A stretch of 64,000 bases of DNA from Somniosus microcephalus (Eukaryota). The translations under genes were made by a program, and so were the position numbers. The DNA is taken from positions 205,468,001 through 205,532,000 of the forward strand of contig CM126207.1 of the NCBI GenBank assembly GCA_052327205.1, read 5' to 3'. Shown one piece after another: positions 50,601 through 62,939 of this stretch (positions within the stretch are counted from its first letter, which is position 1; each line of letters starts with the position of its first letter). Under the pieces are notes generated by a model. The model was not told the origin of the DNA. It was given only the letters and a program-made list of their open reading frames with translations, and ran no database searches.

Positions 50601-52016
50601 GTGGATCCAGAGTGGTGATTCCACCCAAACTCCAGGATAAAGTGCTAAAGGAGCTTCATGAGGGGCATCTGGGTGGAGTGAAAATGAAGAACCTAGCCAG
50701 GGCGTTTGTATGGTGGCCAGGTATCGATGGAGACATCGAAGAAATGACCAAGAGCTGCCTAGGATGCCAGAAGGTCCAAAACGCTCCACCACAAGCCCCT
50801 CTACATCCATGGGAGTGGCCCTCATCTCCATGGCAAAGGGTACATATCGACTTTGCTGGTCCATTTATGGACTCAATGTTCTTAATCGCGGTTGATGCAC
50901 ATTCCAAGTGGCCGGAGGTAATAAAGATGTCCTCCACCACCACGGAAAAAACCATCACAGTATTAAGGACCATATTTGCCAGGAATGGGCTGCCTGAACA
51001 GATCTGTTCTGATAATGGACCGCAATTTGTGTCCGAAGAATTCAGGAAGTTCTTAAACAATGGGGTTAAGCACTACACGTCTGCCCCATACCATCCCGCC
51101 ACCAATGGATTGGCTGAAAGGTTTGTCCAGACCTTCAAGAAGGCCATAAAGGCCATGGGTAATGAAGACATAAAACTTCAGCATAAGGTAGATCACTTCT
51201 TATTTGCATACAGGAATGCAACACATATGGTTACAAACCAAACTCCCGCCATGATGTTCTTCAATAGAAGCCTAAGATGCCGGCTGGATTTGATCAAGCC
51301 AAACATCAGAAGGGAACGTGGAGAACCGGCAATTTCAAGGCATGAATGAAAGGCCAACTAGAACTTTCCAGATAGGTCAACAAGTTTTGGCCCGGGACTA
51401 CCGTACCGAGAAATGGCAGCCTGGAACTATTTGCACACGACTAGGACCGCTGATGTATACCGTGGACATTGGAGAAAGCATAATAAGGCGCCATGCTGAC
51501 CAAATCATAGAATCATCCGAAAAGGGACAACCTACACCACAGCTCTATACGCCTAATGATGAAGTAGAGATACCCACAGTATCTACCTCCGATCCGGTGA
51601 TACTGGAACCAGATGAACCCGACACTGGCATTCAAGCCGAATCAGCCTTGCCAAAAGAACCTACTACACCACCAGAAACTACTACACCACCGAGGCGTTA
51701 TCCGGACCGAGTCAGGAAGCCTCCAGAGAGACTGACTTATAATTGATTAACTGCAGCAATGTGCAGATTATTGTTCTTGTAACATGTACTTAATGATTAC
51801 TTAAAATATTATGTACTGGTTGGCTAAAAGGGGAGGAATTGTAGTGTATGTGCCTTTAAGAGCCCCCTGTGTACTGTAATGCCGGTAATGGCCACTCGGG
51901 CTATATAAGCCTGTATATTGTGTTGTATCAGTTAGTTCACCTCCAGACTTTGTTCAGTAAACACCTGTGAAACCTACTCCTGCCTTCCGTGTCTCTATTA
52001 ACACACGGATACAACA
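47651..52016 (+). mobile_element. Gypsy (Mag-like) LTR retrotransposon with internal deletions
   Basis: LTRs 47651-47827 and 51840-52016 (177 bp, 2 substitutions seen), TSD GGTTA, PBS TGGCGACGA at 47829, PPT aaaaggggaggaat. Same family as 21458-26895. Confidence 0.96.
48292..51746 (+). pseudogene. Gypsy gag-pol: 843-aa PR-(RT deleted)-RH-IN frame at 48818-51349
   Basis: Gag 48350-48808 ends in a premature TAA in the second CCHC. Pol lacks YLDD and has a frameshift near 51318. Confidence 0.92.
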
Positions 52017-52161
52017 GGTTACCCACCCAATTGTCTGTAGAATCGGGCATCACACGCCCTTGCTTGCAATTTGCGGCATGATTCCTGACTCTACTGAAAG
52101 CGGGAATGCACCTCTTAAAGCGAGTTTGCATAACCCACTTTCATTTGCTGTGTTCAGACTA

Positions 52162-52400
52162 CAGTAAACTCTTGTTTAAATGGCACTTTATCATCCAGAA
52201 TACTTTAATAACCGGCATCTTCTACCATACATTTAACAGAACATTCTGTAGGTGAGTACCCAATTACACAGTACATTTCTTGATTTTTTATTTTTGTTTG
52301 TGTTAAAAGTTGCCTTGGTAGGTATACCTCTGTTATCCAGAATTTTTCATCAACCGGCACCATCCTGGTCCCATAGGTGCTGGATAAGAAAGAGTTTACA
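52162..52400. mobile_element. Tigger/pogo-like MITE
   Basis: TA|cagtaaactctt ... aagagtttac. 52313-52397 is homologous to 14821-14908. Confidence 0.65.
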
Positions 52401-52411
52401 AACTGCTGGAA

Positions 52412-52657
52412 ATGGTTGGAGAGCACTTCCTGGGAGCCAAGTTGAAAGGCTGCCCCACAACACTCTGATGCTTCTCTACAGGTTTTAATTGAGGAAGTGA
52501 GGGGAAGGAGGGAGCAGCGCTTCCCCACAAGCCACAAGGGTGCCTCCAATGCTAGGACAGATGTGGCTGAAATGATCAGTGCTTCGAGCATCACCCCCAA
52601 GGACCTGTCCTCAGTGTAGGAAGAGGTTCCATGATGTCACAAGAGCAGCAAGGATAG
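52412..52657 (+). pseudogene. Harbinger Myb/SANT-like gene exon 1, degraded
   Basis: DASLQVLIEEVRGRREQRFP..VAEMISASS..RTCPQCRKRFHDVTRAAR, homologous to 34901-34638. Confidence 0.7.
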
Positions 52658-54904
52658 GTATACCCCTTAATTTTTCCACCTCTCTCAACACTACCTCGGC
52701 ACTCTTCACCCCCATCCACACCATTTCCCTCCCCTCAATCACAAGGGCACATCGCAACACCTCTCTTTCTCATTATAAGCGCACATTTTTTCCATTCCCC
52801 TCTTCCGACACCATTCTCTTCTCAAATACTACCACTTGCACAACCACGAACTCATCCCACCCCTTCTTCCTCACTTCACATAACACACACTTCCATTTCC
52901 ATTCAGCTTCTCCACTTCCTCATTCCATTTTGTTTCTCCACCTCTCAACACACCCACTCTATGCACAAGCCTCACACGTCTTCACTTGGCTTTTCAATAG
53001 CCACTCACTAACTAACTAACCCTCTCTTATAGCAGGAGAAAACAGTACACAGTGACTGGGGGCAGAGTACCTAACATATTGCCCTCATCCAAGCAGCGAA
53101 GGATGCCCTGGAGATTAGTGGCCCGGATAGAGCCAGAACCATTGGGTGTGGCGAGTCTGGCGCCATACCAGAGCAGGATGTCTGTATATTAATTACAACC
53201 CTTCCTTCACCTCAGCAAATATGCAGTAAGCTGCACAACTTCAAGGACTATCTCCTGCAAATGTGCAGCTTCTATCTCCCTCCCAGCTCTTGTCCCTTTT
53301 CTCCTTCCTCCAGCAATTTATCACCAGCAAGAACTTCCTGCGTAAGAAGACACCTCGGATGAGGACCATTAACAAGTGCTCCGTTCCTCCCAGGCACCAG
53401 CTCAGACATTGGCACTTTGAATGGGTTAGATAGTGAGTTCGAAGGGGTATGAACATTGTGAGTCACAGAGCAGCAGCAGGTACTGATGGCTCGAACAGCA
53501 CAGGAGAGAGCTCACCGAAGAGTGAGGTCCTCCCGTAGCTCTGCACACTGATGATGACTGCAGGGGCCCAGCCATGAAAGGAAATGGCAGGCATCACCCA
53601 AAAAGCTGCATGAGGTATTGGAAGGCTTGCCAAGGAGTTTCACCACTATGGCTGACAGTATGGGAGCAGTCTGCTTCCAGCTTGTGTGGTGTCTTCTCAT
53701 GTTATCAGAACTCCTACAGTCTGCCTGGACAGTGTGGTTACCTCCAGGGATGCTACAGATGGACTCTCAAGGGAAGTCCATGATCGCATACTTTTCAGCT
53801 TTGGTGGAAACTCAAATGGCTGCCTTGCAGACTCTGGACTCCAGCGTTGAGACAGGTGTCCACCCTGGACGTATGGTGGACCAAAAAGATGGGCTTTGAA
53901 GAAGCCATTAATCTTCTGCAATCTGCTCTCTTGCAGATCAGTGAAAAAGATAAGCCTCAGTCCGATAGGAGTGGCACGTGTTGCCTTCTCCCAGGATACC
54001 AGCACCTCTGCTGCACCCCCATCCTCCCAGCCAATACCCGTCATGGTGCCAGCAAGTCAGCTGGGCCAGCAGATTATCCTGGTAGCAGCCGAGGAGTCAC
54101 ATCCTATAGCTAGGCTTTCACAGGCTTAAGCACCCAGGAGCCACTGACAACAAGCATCTGAAGGGTTCCAGCATGATGAACAGCAGCTTTCCACCAGCTT
54201 TACTGAGGCCACTTGTGGAGCACCTTGTAGGTGTAGTAGATTTAGGAAACTTTTTAAGAAAAGCACTGAGGGCTGAGTACTTGGGTCAGAGATGAATTCA
54301 AGGCAAATATTACGTTTGCCATCAAATTCACGACCTTTATTAAATTTGGTACTTTAGTTTACAGTGTGGTATTATAGCAGCTTTTGAGTCCTCATTCTCA
54401 GTATATCATTGATATAGAAGTGTTCTGAGCAGGTCACCGGGATCGCTGACCAATGAGCTGATCCCTCGCATCTCTTGCTGAAAGATGTTGAGGTGGCCCT
54501 GCTCCTTTTGTTGCTTCATCCTCATCTCACTCATCTTCCTAGTTCAACGTGATCTGGTGCTTCTCTGGCTCCTCCAAAGGAAAGCCTCCAAAGGGCAAGA
54601 TTGTGAAGTCTTCAGCGTGCAACGGCTATACAGGAGATTCTTCATGGAGCAGATTGAGGGACCACCCCCAGAGCTATCTGAACTTCATCTTCAGCATCAC
54701 TTTTTCCCCACAAAGTGTAGTGGAAACCTGGAATTCGCTCCCCTAAAACACTGGATGTTGGGTCAATGTAAATTTTAAGACAGATTGATAGATTTTTGTT
54801 GGGTAAGGGTATCGAGCGGTATGGAGCAATGGCTCCAAATGGAGGTACAGATTAGCCAGGATCGAATTGAATGGCAGAACAGATTTGAGGTGCTGATTGT
54901 AGTA

Positions 54905-57870
54905 CCGTGGTGGTGAACGGTTGTTTTTTGGACTGGAGGAAGGTATACAGTGGTGTTCCCTTGGCGTCGGTACTAGGACCACTGCTTTTCTTGATATATA
55001 TTAATGGCTTGGACTTGGGTGTACAGGGCACAATTTCAAAATTTGCAGATGACACAAAACTTGGAAGTATAGTGAACAGTGAGGAGGATAATGATAGACT
55101 TCAAGAGGACATACACAGGCTGGTGGAATGGGCGGACACGTGGCAGATGAAATTTAACGCAGGATTGGGAGCAGTTCAGGATTCAACAATGGAGGACAAA
55201 GGGATTAATTCAGAAAGGGAAAATAGAATATGAGAGTAAGCTTTCAGGGAACATAAAAACTGACTGTAAAAGCTTTTATAGATATATGAAGAGAAAGATT
55301 GGTGAAGTCAAGCGTAGGTCCCTTGCAGTCAGAATCGGGGGAATTTATAATGGGGAACAAAGAAATGGCAGACCAACTAAATACATATTTTGGTTCTGTC
55401 TTCACAAAGGAGGACACAAATAACCTCCCAGAAATACCGGGGAACATAGGGTCTGATGAAAGGGTGGAACTGAAAGAAATCAGTATTTGTAGGGGCATGG
55501 TGTTAGGAAAATTGATGGGACTGAAGGCCGATAAATCCCCAGGGCCTGATAATCTACATCCCAGGGTACTTAAGGACGTGGCCCTAGAAATAGTAGATGC
55601 ATTGCTGGTCATCTTCCAGAACTTGATAGACTCTGGAACAGTACCCATGGATTGGAGGGTAGCTAATGTTACCCCACTATTCAAAAAAGGTGGCAGAGAA
55701 AAAGCGGGGAATTATAGACCGGTAAGCCTGACATCGGTAGTGGGGGAAATGCTAGAGTCCATTATAAAAGATGTAATAGAGCACTTGGAAAGCAGTGACA
55801 GGATCGGACAAAGTCAACATGGATTTACAAAAGGTAAATCATGCTTGACTAATCTACTGGAATTTTTTGAGGATGTAACTGGTAAAATAGATAAGGGAGA
55901 ACCAGTGGATGTGGTGTATTTGGACTTTCAGAAGGCTTTCGATAAGGTCCCGCATAAGAGATTAGCGTGCAAAATTAAGGCACATGGGATTGGGGGCAAG
56001 GTATTGACTTGGATAGAGAACTGGTTGGCGGACAGAAAGCCAAGAGTTGGAATAAACGGGTCGTTTTCCGAGTGGCAGGCAGTGACTAGTGGGGTACCGC
56101 AAGGATCGGTCCTAGGACCCCAGCTGTTCACAATATATATTAATGATCTGGACGAGGGAATTGGATGTAATATCTCCAAATTTGCAGACGACACAAAGCT
56201 GGGTGGGAGGGTATGCTGCGAGGAGGATGTCATGAAACTCCAGTACGATTTGGACAGGCTAGGTGATTGGGCAGAAACATGGCAAATGCACTATAATGTG
56301 GATAAATGTGAGGTTATCCACTTTGGTGGCAAAAACAGGAAGGCACATTATTATTTGAATGGCAATAGATTGGGAGAAGGGGAAGTGCAAAGAGACCTGG
56401 GTGTTCTTGTGCACTAGTCGCTGAAGGTAAGCATGCAGGTGCAGCAGGCGGTTAAGAAGGCAAATGGTATGTTGGCCTTCGTAGCAAGAGGGTTCGAGTA
56501 CAGGAACAAGGATGTCTTGCTCCAGTTGTACAGGGCCTTGGTGAGACCACATCTTGAGTATTGTGTGCAGTTTTGGTTGCCTTATCTGAGGAAGGATGTT
56601 CTTGCCATGGAAGGAGTGCAGCGAAGATTCACCAGGCTGATACCTGGGATGGCAGGAATGATGTATGAGGAGAGATTGTGTCGATTGGGCTTATACTCAC
56701 TGGAGTTTAGAAGATTGAGAGGGGATCTCATCGAAACCTATAAAATTCTGTCAGGCCTGGACAGACTAGATGCTGGAAGGATGTTCCCGATGGTCGGGGA
56801 GTCCAGAACCAGGGGTCATAGTCTAAGGATAAGGGGTAGGACATTTCGGACTGAAATGAGGAGGAACTTCTTCACCCAGAGAGTGGTGAACCTGTGGAAC
56901 TCTCTGCCACAGAGTGTGATGGAAGCCAGTTCATGAAATATATTCAAGAAAGAGTTGGATATATTTCTTGAGGCTAAAGGGATCAAGGGATATGGGGAGA
57001 AGGCAGGGACAGGGTACTGAATTTGAATGATCAGCCATGATCTCATTAAATGGCGGAGCAGGCTCGAAGGGCCGAATGGCCTACTCCTGCTCCTATCTTC
57101 TATGTTTCTAAAAGTGCAAAATTACACATTTTGGTAGGAAGAACAAGGAGAGGCAATATTAATTAAGGGGCACAATTCTAAAGGGGGTGCATGAACAGAG
57201 ACCTGGGGGTATATGTGTACAAATTGTAGAAGGTGGCAGGGCAGGTTGAGAAAGCAGTTTTAAAAAGCATACGGAATCCTGGGCCTCATAAATAGAGGGA
57301 TAGAATACAAAAGCAAGGAAGTTACGATGAAACTTTATAAAACACTGGTTTGTCCTCAACTGGAGTATTGTGTCCAATTCTGGGCACTGCACTTTAGGAA
57401 GGATGTGAAGGCCTTCGAGAGGGTGCAGAAAAGATTTACGAGAATGATTCCAGGGTGAGGGACTTCAGTTAGATGGATAGACTAGAGAAACTGGGGTTGT
57501 TCTCCTTAGAGCAGAGAAGGTTGAGAGGAGATTTGATAGAGATGTTCAAAATCATGAGGGGTCTAGACAGAGTAGATAGAGAGAAACTGTTCCCATTGGC
57601 GTTAAGGTGGAGAACCAGAGGACACAGATTTAAGGTGATTGGCAGAAGAACCAAAGGTGACATGAAAAAAAACATTTTCATGCAGCGAGTGGTTAGGATC
57701 TGGAATGCACTGCCTGAAAATGTGGTGGAGGCAGATTCAATCGTGGCTTTCAAAAGGGAATTTGATAAGTACCTGAAGGAAAACATTTTGCAGGGCTACG
57801 GGGAAAGGGCAGTGGAGCCGGCATAGGCTCGATGGACCGAATGGCAGCCTTCTGTGTTGTAATGATTCTA
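54905..57870 (+). mobile_element. CR1 3' part interrupted by a younger CR1
   Basis: SGVPLASVLGP..FADDTK..WQMKFNA| at 55161 resumes at ~57111 (KC..HFGRKN) and runs to a tail at ~57870. Confidence 0.85.
55162..57110 (+). mobile_element. CR1 family A, 5'-truncated
   Basis: 372-aa RT ORF 55299-56417 and ORF 56433-56936; tail ttctatgtttcta. Confidence 0.94.
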
Positions 57871-58099
57871 TGGCTTACTCCTGATCATATGTTGCTATAA
57901 TGTGCTCAATTATGATCTTGGTGGTTCCATGGCTTCTATTATATCTATATTGCTCAGTATTCCTGGCAGGATCAAGTACTGGGGAGGATGGTGGAGTATC
58001 TCAGGATAGATGCATTGCAACAGCAGCCTGGGGACTTTGCTGAAACTTGCATGATCTTATTTCTCTGATCAGCCACTAGCTGCACATTGCTCGAGTGGT

Positions 58100-58650
58100 A
58101 GTGGTTTTTATTGATGAATACTGCTGTCTGGTGCCCTGATGATCACACGTATGTACTCAATGACGCCCTGCACATGGGGAAAGCCAGGCACTGCTGCAAA
58201 TCGCTGAGTTCTGCCCTGCTGACCATTGAGGGAAGGTGATGTATTGGTTAGAGGACATCGGTGACCTGCATTATGCAGCTGTGTACTGCAGACTGGGTGA
58301 AGTGGGTGATGTCCCCTGCAGCAGACTGGAAAGAGCCATTGGTGAAGAAGTTGACGGCTGTGGTGACTTTGAGAGGAACTGGCAAAGCATAGCCCTCTAG
58401 TCCAGCAGGCAGCAGGTCCCCTTGCAGAAGGCTGTAGATGTCCGAGATAGCCTGCCTGGTGAAGCGAGGCCTCCTCAGTCAGGTCCAGGAAAGTTACTCT
58501 GGTCTTGTACACCATGTGCTGGGTATGGTCTCCTATGATCAGGCACCTTCACCTGCTGTCTTCTGAAAGGCACTGCTCTGAGGCTGGTGCTGCTCCTCTT
58601 ACTACAACTGTTCCTCCAAGACTGGCAATAGTAGCACCCATAATGATTAG
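58100..58650 (-). pseudogene. Harbinger transposase N-terminal half, degraded
   Basis: VYKTRVTFLDLTEE.. and RFAAVPGFPHVQGVIEYIRVIIRAP in ORF 58108-58515. Confidence 0.72.
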
Positions 58651-59857
58651 AGAAAGGATTCTGAGGTAAAGTAAGGCAAAAAAAAGTGTGAAAGAAGTGA
58701 TCTGGAAGCTGGAGATTCTCCTGGTAACCACTGTGCTGCAGCTACATGTCCCTTTTATACTGCATCGGTGGGCCTCCCGTTTGAGTTAAAATTGTGTCGC
58801 AGCACCACATCGGGCTGTGACTTTTACATTTAATTAGGCCGCTGCCTGCCTCAACAATTGTTCTGGCACGTTAAAATGGTGAACGTGACGTGAACCCCAA
58901 CCGTCCCCCTCCCCTCCCCCCCAGGTCCGGGCCACCATTTTAACTATCCGCCCACCCAATTCACAGGATGGGCTAGGTTAAAAACGGGGCATCTGAACAC
59001 CATTTTGGTCAGTCAAAGTTGTATCTAGTAATTGTTGCCATAAAAATTACTGGAAAATGGCTAACCCTGGACTGCGGAAGTGCCTATAATCTGCAAGGCT
59101 ATAGGGCATTCGGGTAGGATGGGGAGGTGCAGGGAACAGGAAAAGTGGATGGGGTTGCCTTATATGTAGGGGACACTTAGGAGAATAAAATAGCCTACAT
59201 TGCAGAAAAAGGCCATGGTATTGTATTCTGTGGCTAGATGGGTTCAAGAGAAAAGGGGCAAGACAACATTTGGGTTATGCTGTAGACTGCCAGGTCAAAA
59301 TAAAAGGAACTGCTTAACTCTTGATTATCATGACGAAGGGTGAGTAAAAAAAGGATTGTAGTACTGATGGACTTTAGCCAATCCAGCATAAACAAGGAAT
59401 TCCCGAGTGGGGAATTCTGAGCTCGTTGGTGCAGTGGATTGTTGCTTCCTGATTCTGCACGAGGAAATTTCTGTCTTTAGGACTTTTTTTTAATATTATT
59501 ATTATTCAACGAATATTAGTTGAACAGCTGAGCAATAGTGATCATAGCTCAGTTATTTTCAATCTGACATTGGAAACAGTGCAGGCACCCAACCTTACTC
59601 CAACATGCAACTTTAGGTGGGCAAAGGTAAGTGGTATGAGGGCTGAGATTAATAATATAGAAGGGGAGCGTATTAGTTAAGCATAAATAGACTTTCAAAA
59701 ACATTATGTGGGAGGAAATTAAAACTCTAACGGACTCCGTCACTTTAGAACTCCATCTTAATTTAGGATTGAAGTGTCATGACCTCCACGGTTTGTTTTA
59801 TTAGAATACTAGCTGGGGGAGCCCGGCTTTGCCAGGGCTGTTTTGGGCCGGGCGGTT

Positions 59858-60189
59858 TAAATCGAGTCCCAGGGTTTGGGGCCTGCCTGTGTCCCTCTGT
59901 GAATCTGCTGCCGGGCAACATTTTAAATTGAGTCCCAGGCTTTTGGGCCCTGTCTCTGTGTCCCCCTCTCAATCTGCTGCCGGGCAACATTTTAAATCGA
60001 GTCCGAGGCTTTCGGGCCCTGTCTCTGTGAATCTGCTGCCGGGCAACATTTTAAATTGAGTCCCAGGCTTTCGGGCCCTGTCTCTGTGTCCCCCTCTGAA
60101 TCTGCTGCCGGGCAACATTTTAAATCGAGTCCCAGGCTTTCGGGCCCTGTCTCTGTGTCCCCCTCTGAATCTGCTGCCGGGCAACATTT
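59858..60189. repeat. Tandem repeat, 69-bp unit x5
   Basis: Unit taaatcgagtcccaggctttcgggccctgtctctgtgtccccctctgaatctgctgccgggcaacattt; the third unit has a 10-bp deletion. Confidence 0.93.
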
Positions 60190-60376
60190 CTACCTTTTTA
60201 ATACCTTGAAAGATGAAAGTGAAAGTACTTATAAAACGTTTTTGGTAAATCTTATGTTATTTTTAAAAGAGATACTAACTTTTTCGAAGCTGGATCAGCA
60301 GATTTTGAGCTGGAAGTAAATGGGGTTTTTAGCTTGAGGCAATGGCTGCCAGATCCCTGAGATGAAAACGATGAGT

Positions 60377-60482
60377 CCCGCCCACAGACGCAGCGATTGG
60401 CCAACCATCAGGCGACTGAACTGTAGGATTGGTCAATCGTGACGGCACAGGATTGGTCGAACCTTGACGTCAGTCAATCAAT
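60377..60482. promoter_or_regulatory. Promoter-like motif cluster (GC box, three CCAAT boxes, CRE)
   Basis: cccgccc at 60377; ATTGG at 60396, 60428 and 60452; TGACGTCA at 60465; CpG-rich sequence downstream. Confidence 0.4.
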
Positions 60483-61021
60483 GCTAAGTAGCAGATAATG
60501 AGATTAATTTTGAAGGTTTTTTGCATAAGGCGCGAACAATTTTCGTCCGACCGAAAAGTAAATACGCTTACGACCGTCCCGGAAACGTAAGCTTTCTTTG
60601 GAGGTAACGCACGCGTAGGTACGCTCTATAACTTTTGAGAATATATGTCCTGTGCAGTTTGTTCTTTTCGTTCGTTAATAGTTTTTGGTTCCTGTTTGCA
60701 GTGTAGAGATGCAATGATTAATTGACTGGAGAGTAGAAAGTACAGAAATAAAACAGTTACTTCAAGTTCAACTGATTTTTGTTTTCATTTATAAATTATC
60801 CAAACCGGAATGGATTTGCTGGACCTATTTTGCTTCGGTTAGTCGTTTTAATTGTTGGTAATGCAGGTTTAACGTAGAGATCTTATTCAGATTTATTTTA
60901 TATTTTTCCTAGTAGGATCAGTGACATTTTTATTATTGAAAATGCTTTTTCTTCGCATTGGTGGACAGTTTTAAATAATTGACTAATATGTTTTTGGACA
61001 AATGGGATTTAATATGCCACC

Positions 61022-61968
61022 ACAGTTTTGGTGTCCATACTTAAGAAAAGACATATTTGCTCTCGAGTCAGTACAAAGAAGGTTCACTTGGTTAATCCCG
61101 GGCATGAGGGGGTGGACATATGAGGAGAGGTTGAGTAGATTGGGACTCTACTCATTGGAGTTCAGAAGAATGAGAGGCGATCTTATTGAAACATATAAGA
61201 TTGTGAAGGGGCTTGATCGGGTGGATGCGGTGAGGATGTTCCCAATGATGGGTGAAACTAGAACTAGGGGGCATAATCTTAGAATAAGGGGCTGCTCTTT
61301 CAAAACTGAGATGAGAAACTTCTTCACTCAGAGGGTAGTAGGTCTGTGGAATTTGCTGCCCCAGAAAGCTGTGGAAGCTACATCATTAAATAAATTTAAA
61401 ACAGACAGTTTCTTAGAAGTAAAGGGAATTAAGGGTTACGGGGAGCGGGCAGGAAATTGGACATGAGTCTAGGTTCGGATCGGTCATGGCCCTGTGGGTG
61501 GCGGAGCAGGCCCAGGGGCCGTGTAGCCTGGTCCTGCTACTTCTTGTGTTCTAATTCTGTGTTAGATTTCAGGAGATGGTTCTATCACAGGGATTAGTGG
61601 AGACCTCGGGAACAGGCTGCCAGCTAGGAGTCCTTCAAGAGTAAATTGGGCCTGTTCCTGGCTGGGGTAGAGATCACCTTTAACAGAAAGTAAGTACTGC
61701 AGGAAATACAGGGACAGAGTGATCTCCTGGACGAGTTTCGATCGCCTAGATGGGTCGGAGAGGAATTTCCCAGATTTTTTCTCCCAAATTGGCCATTGGG
61801 TTTTTTATTTGGTTTTTCGCCTCTCCCGGGAGATCACATGGGTTCAGGTGGGATGGAGAGTGGAAGTAGATTTGAGGTTAGGATCAGATCAGCCATGATC
61901 TTATTGAATGGCGGAGCAGGCTCGAGGGGCCGATTGGCCTACTCCTGCTCCTATTTCTTATATTCTTA
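61022..61968 (+). mobile_element. CR1 3' end with an extended, double-tailed 3'UTR
   Basis: ORF QFWCPYLRKD..RRMRGDLIE..WNLLP ending at 61466; tail-like stem-loops at ~61500-61555 and ~61865-61968. Confidence 0.82.
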
Positions 61969-62266
61969 CCACACTGATTATGTGTACCTTGCACCCAGAA
62001 ATTGGTGTACATTATGCCTGTTTTACACCCAAAAAAGGGCAAAACACACACTAATTTCTACCCCAATAACTTCTGTTGCATGAGGCCTACGCCAAGTGCC
62101 GTGATGCTGGATCAGGATGTACATTGAGTTTGACGCCCCTGCTTTAGAAACCATTTCCAGGATAAAATGGAGAGCCTGTTAGCTTCGGAGGGATTTGTGT
62201 ATTTTTGATAGGCATGCTTTTTCTGAATGTAGGAATTATCCAATTTGAATTTATCTTGTCCACTAG

Positions 62267-62512
62267 GATTTGATTCGAAAACAAATGATAAATTGGATGC
62301 AGAAAAAGTAAGTTTTGATGAAGATACTTTCAACCTACCAGATGAACCTCCGAAAACCTCACTGATTACACAGTGCATTGTGCACAGGCAAGAATCGATG
62401 ACAGCCAAACATCGTGTGACCTCATCTCCTTTACCGCTTAAACGTAACCTACCAACACTGTCCCAAGAAATCAACTTCGATGTTCTCAGTTCTGGGGTAG
62501 CATGTTTGACTG
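62267..62512 (+). CDS. PLEKHG4: PLEKHG4/PLEKHG4B-like coding exon (phase 1/1)
   Basis: ttatcttgtccactag|GA TTT..QEINFDVLSSGVACLT G|gtaggt. The L.SG...L.G motif opens the Sec14-like region in this family. The phase fits the donor at 20804; an alternative phase-0 acceptor is at 62233. Confidence 0.72.
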
Positions 62513-62939
62513 GTAGGTACTTATTAACATTAATGTTTTTTAATTCCACACATCTTCAGCACATCAGTCCTTTGAATGGGTATAGTGTCTTCAAATAGAG
62601 CAGCTAGTACATGTGAGTGTATGGATACAGTATGTAAAGGAAAGTTTCATACTTTGCTATATTTGATTACTGCATTTCAGTATTTTGGTGACAAGACTAT
62701 CTGTTTGCTCTAAGTTCTGTATGAAGTTGCATTTTCCGTTTCTGTCGTTTATACTCCAACTTTTTACATTGGAAAGTTTATTTTAAGAAGTTGCATTCTT
62801 ATATTCATTTTTGAAAAATAAAACGGAATCAGTGTAAGTAATATTGTCATTCCTGTTTTGCCTCCATCCTTCAATTCTCTACTCTTCAAATAGCTTCTGA
62901 GCTTCACTTGCCTGCTACACCTCTCTCCGAATTTAGACA

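Larger units (their letters stand above)
47546..58991. mobile_element. Old PIF/Harbinger transposon hosting Gypsy, MITE and CR1 insertions
   Basis: Ends gccccgactttaa / ttaaaaacggggc. Convergent Myb-like gene (+, from ~52412) and transposase (-, ~58650-57900, C-terminus near 54430-54540). Confidence 0.65.
59807..60646. mobile_element. Possible Helitron/Helentron-type non-autonomous element
   Basis: Begins tactag..cccggctttgccaggg (short hairpin) and contains an internal tandem array and a CpG-rich body. The right boundary is uncertain. Confidence 0.4.

Noticed and set aside
48818-51349. Domesticated Gypsy-derived host gene
   Set aside because: It retains both LTRs, the PBS and the TSD, and has a gag stop and an integrase frameshift. 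It is a recent defective provirus.
21458-52016. Large inverted segmental duplication or assembly artefact
   Set aside because: The two proviruses have different TSDs, different LTR variants and unrelated immediate flanks.
54485-54778. Captured host exon (QRDLVLLWLLQRK...)
   Set aside because: No protein family recognised and no convincing splice sites; it lies between transposon fragments.
59050-59600. Very old CR1 endonuclease remnant
   Set aside because: Only faint motif traces (YR.P-like, SDH-like); too degraded to delimit by eye.
59858-60189. CRISPR-like array (also considered for 14653-14818)
   Set aside because: Units repeat head-to-tail without unique spacers, there are no cas genes, and the context is eukaryotic.
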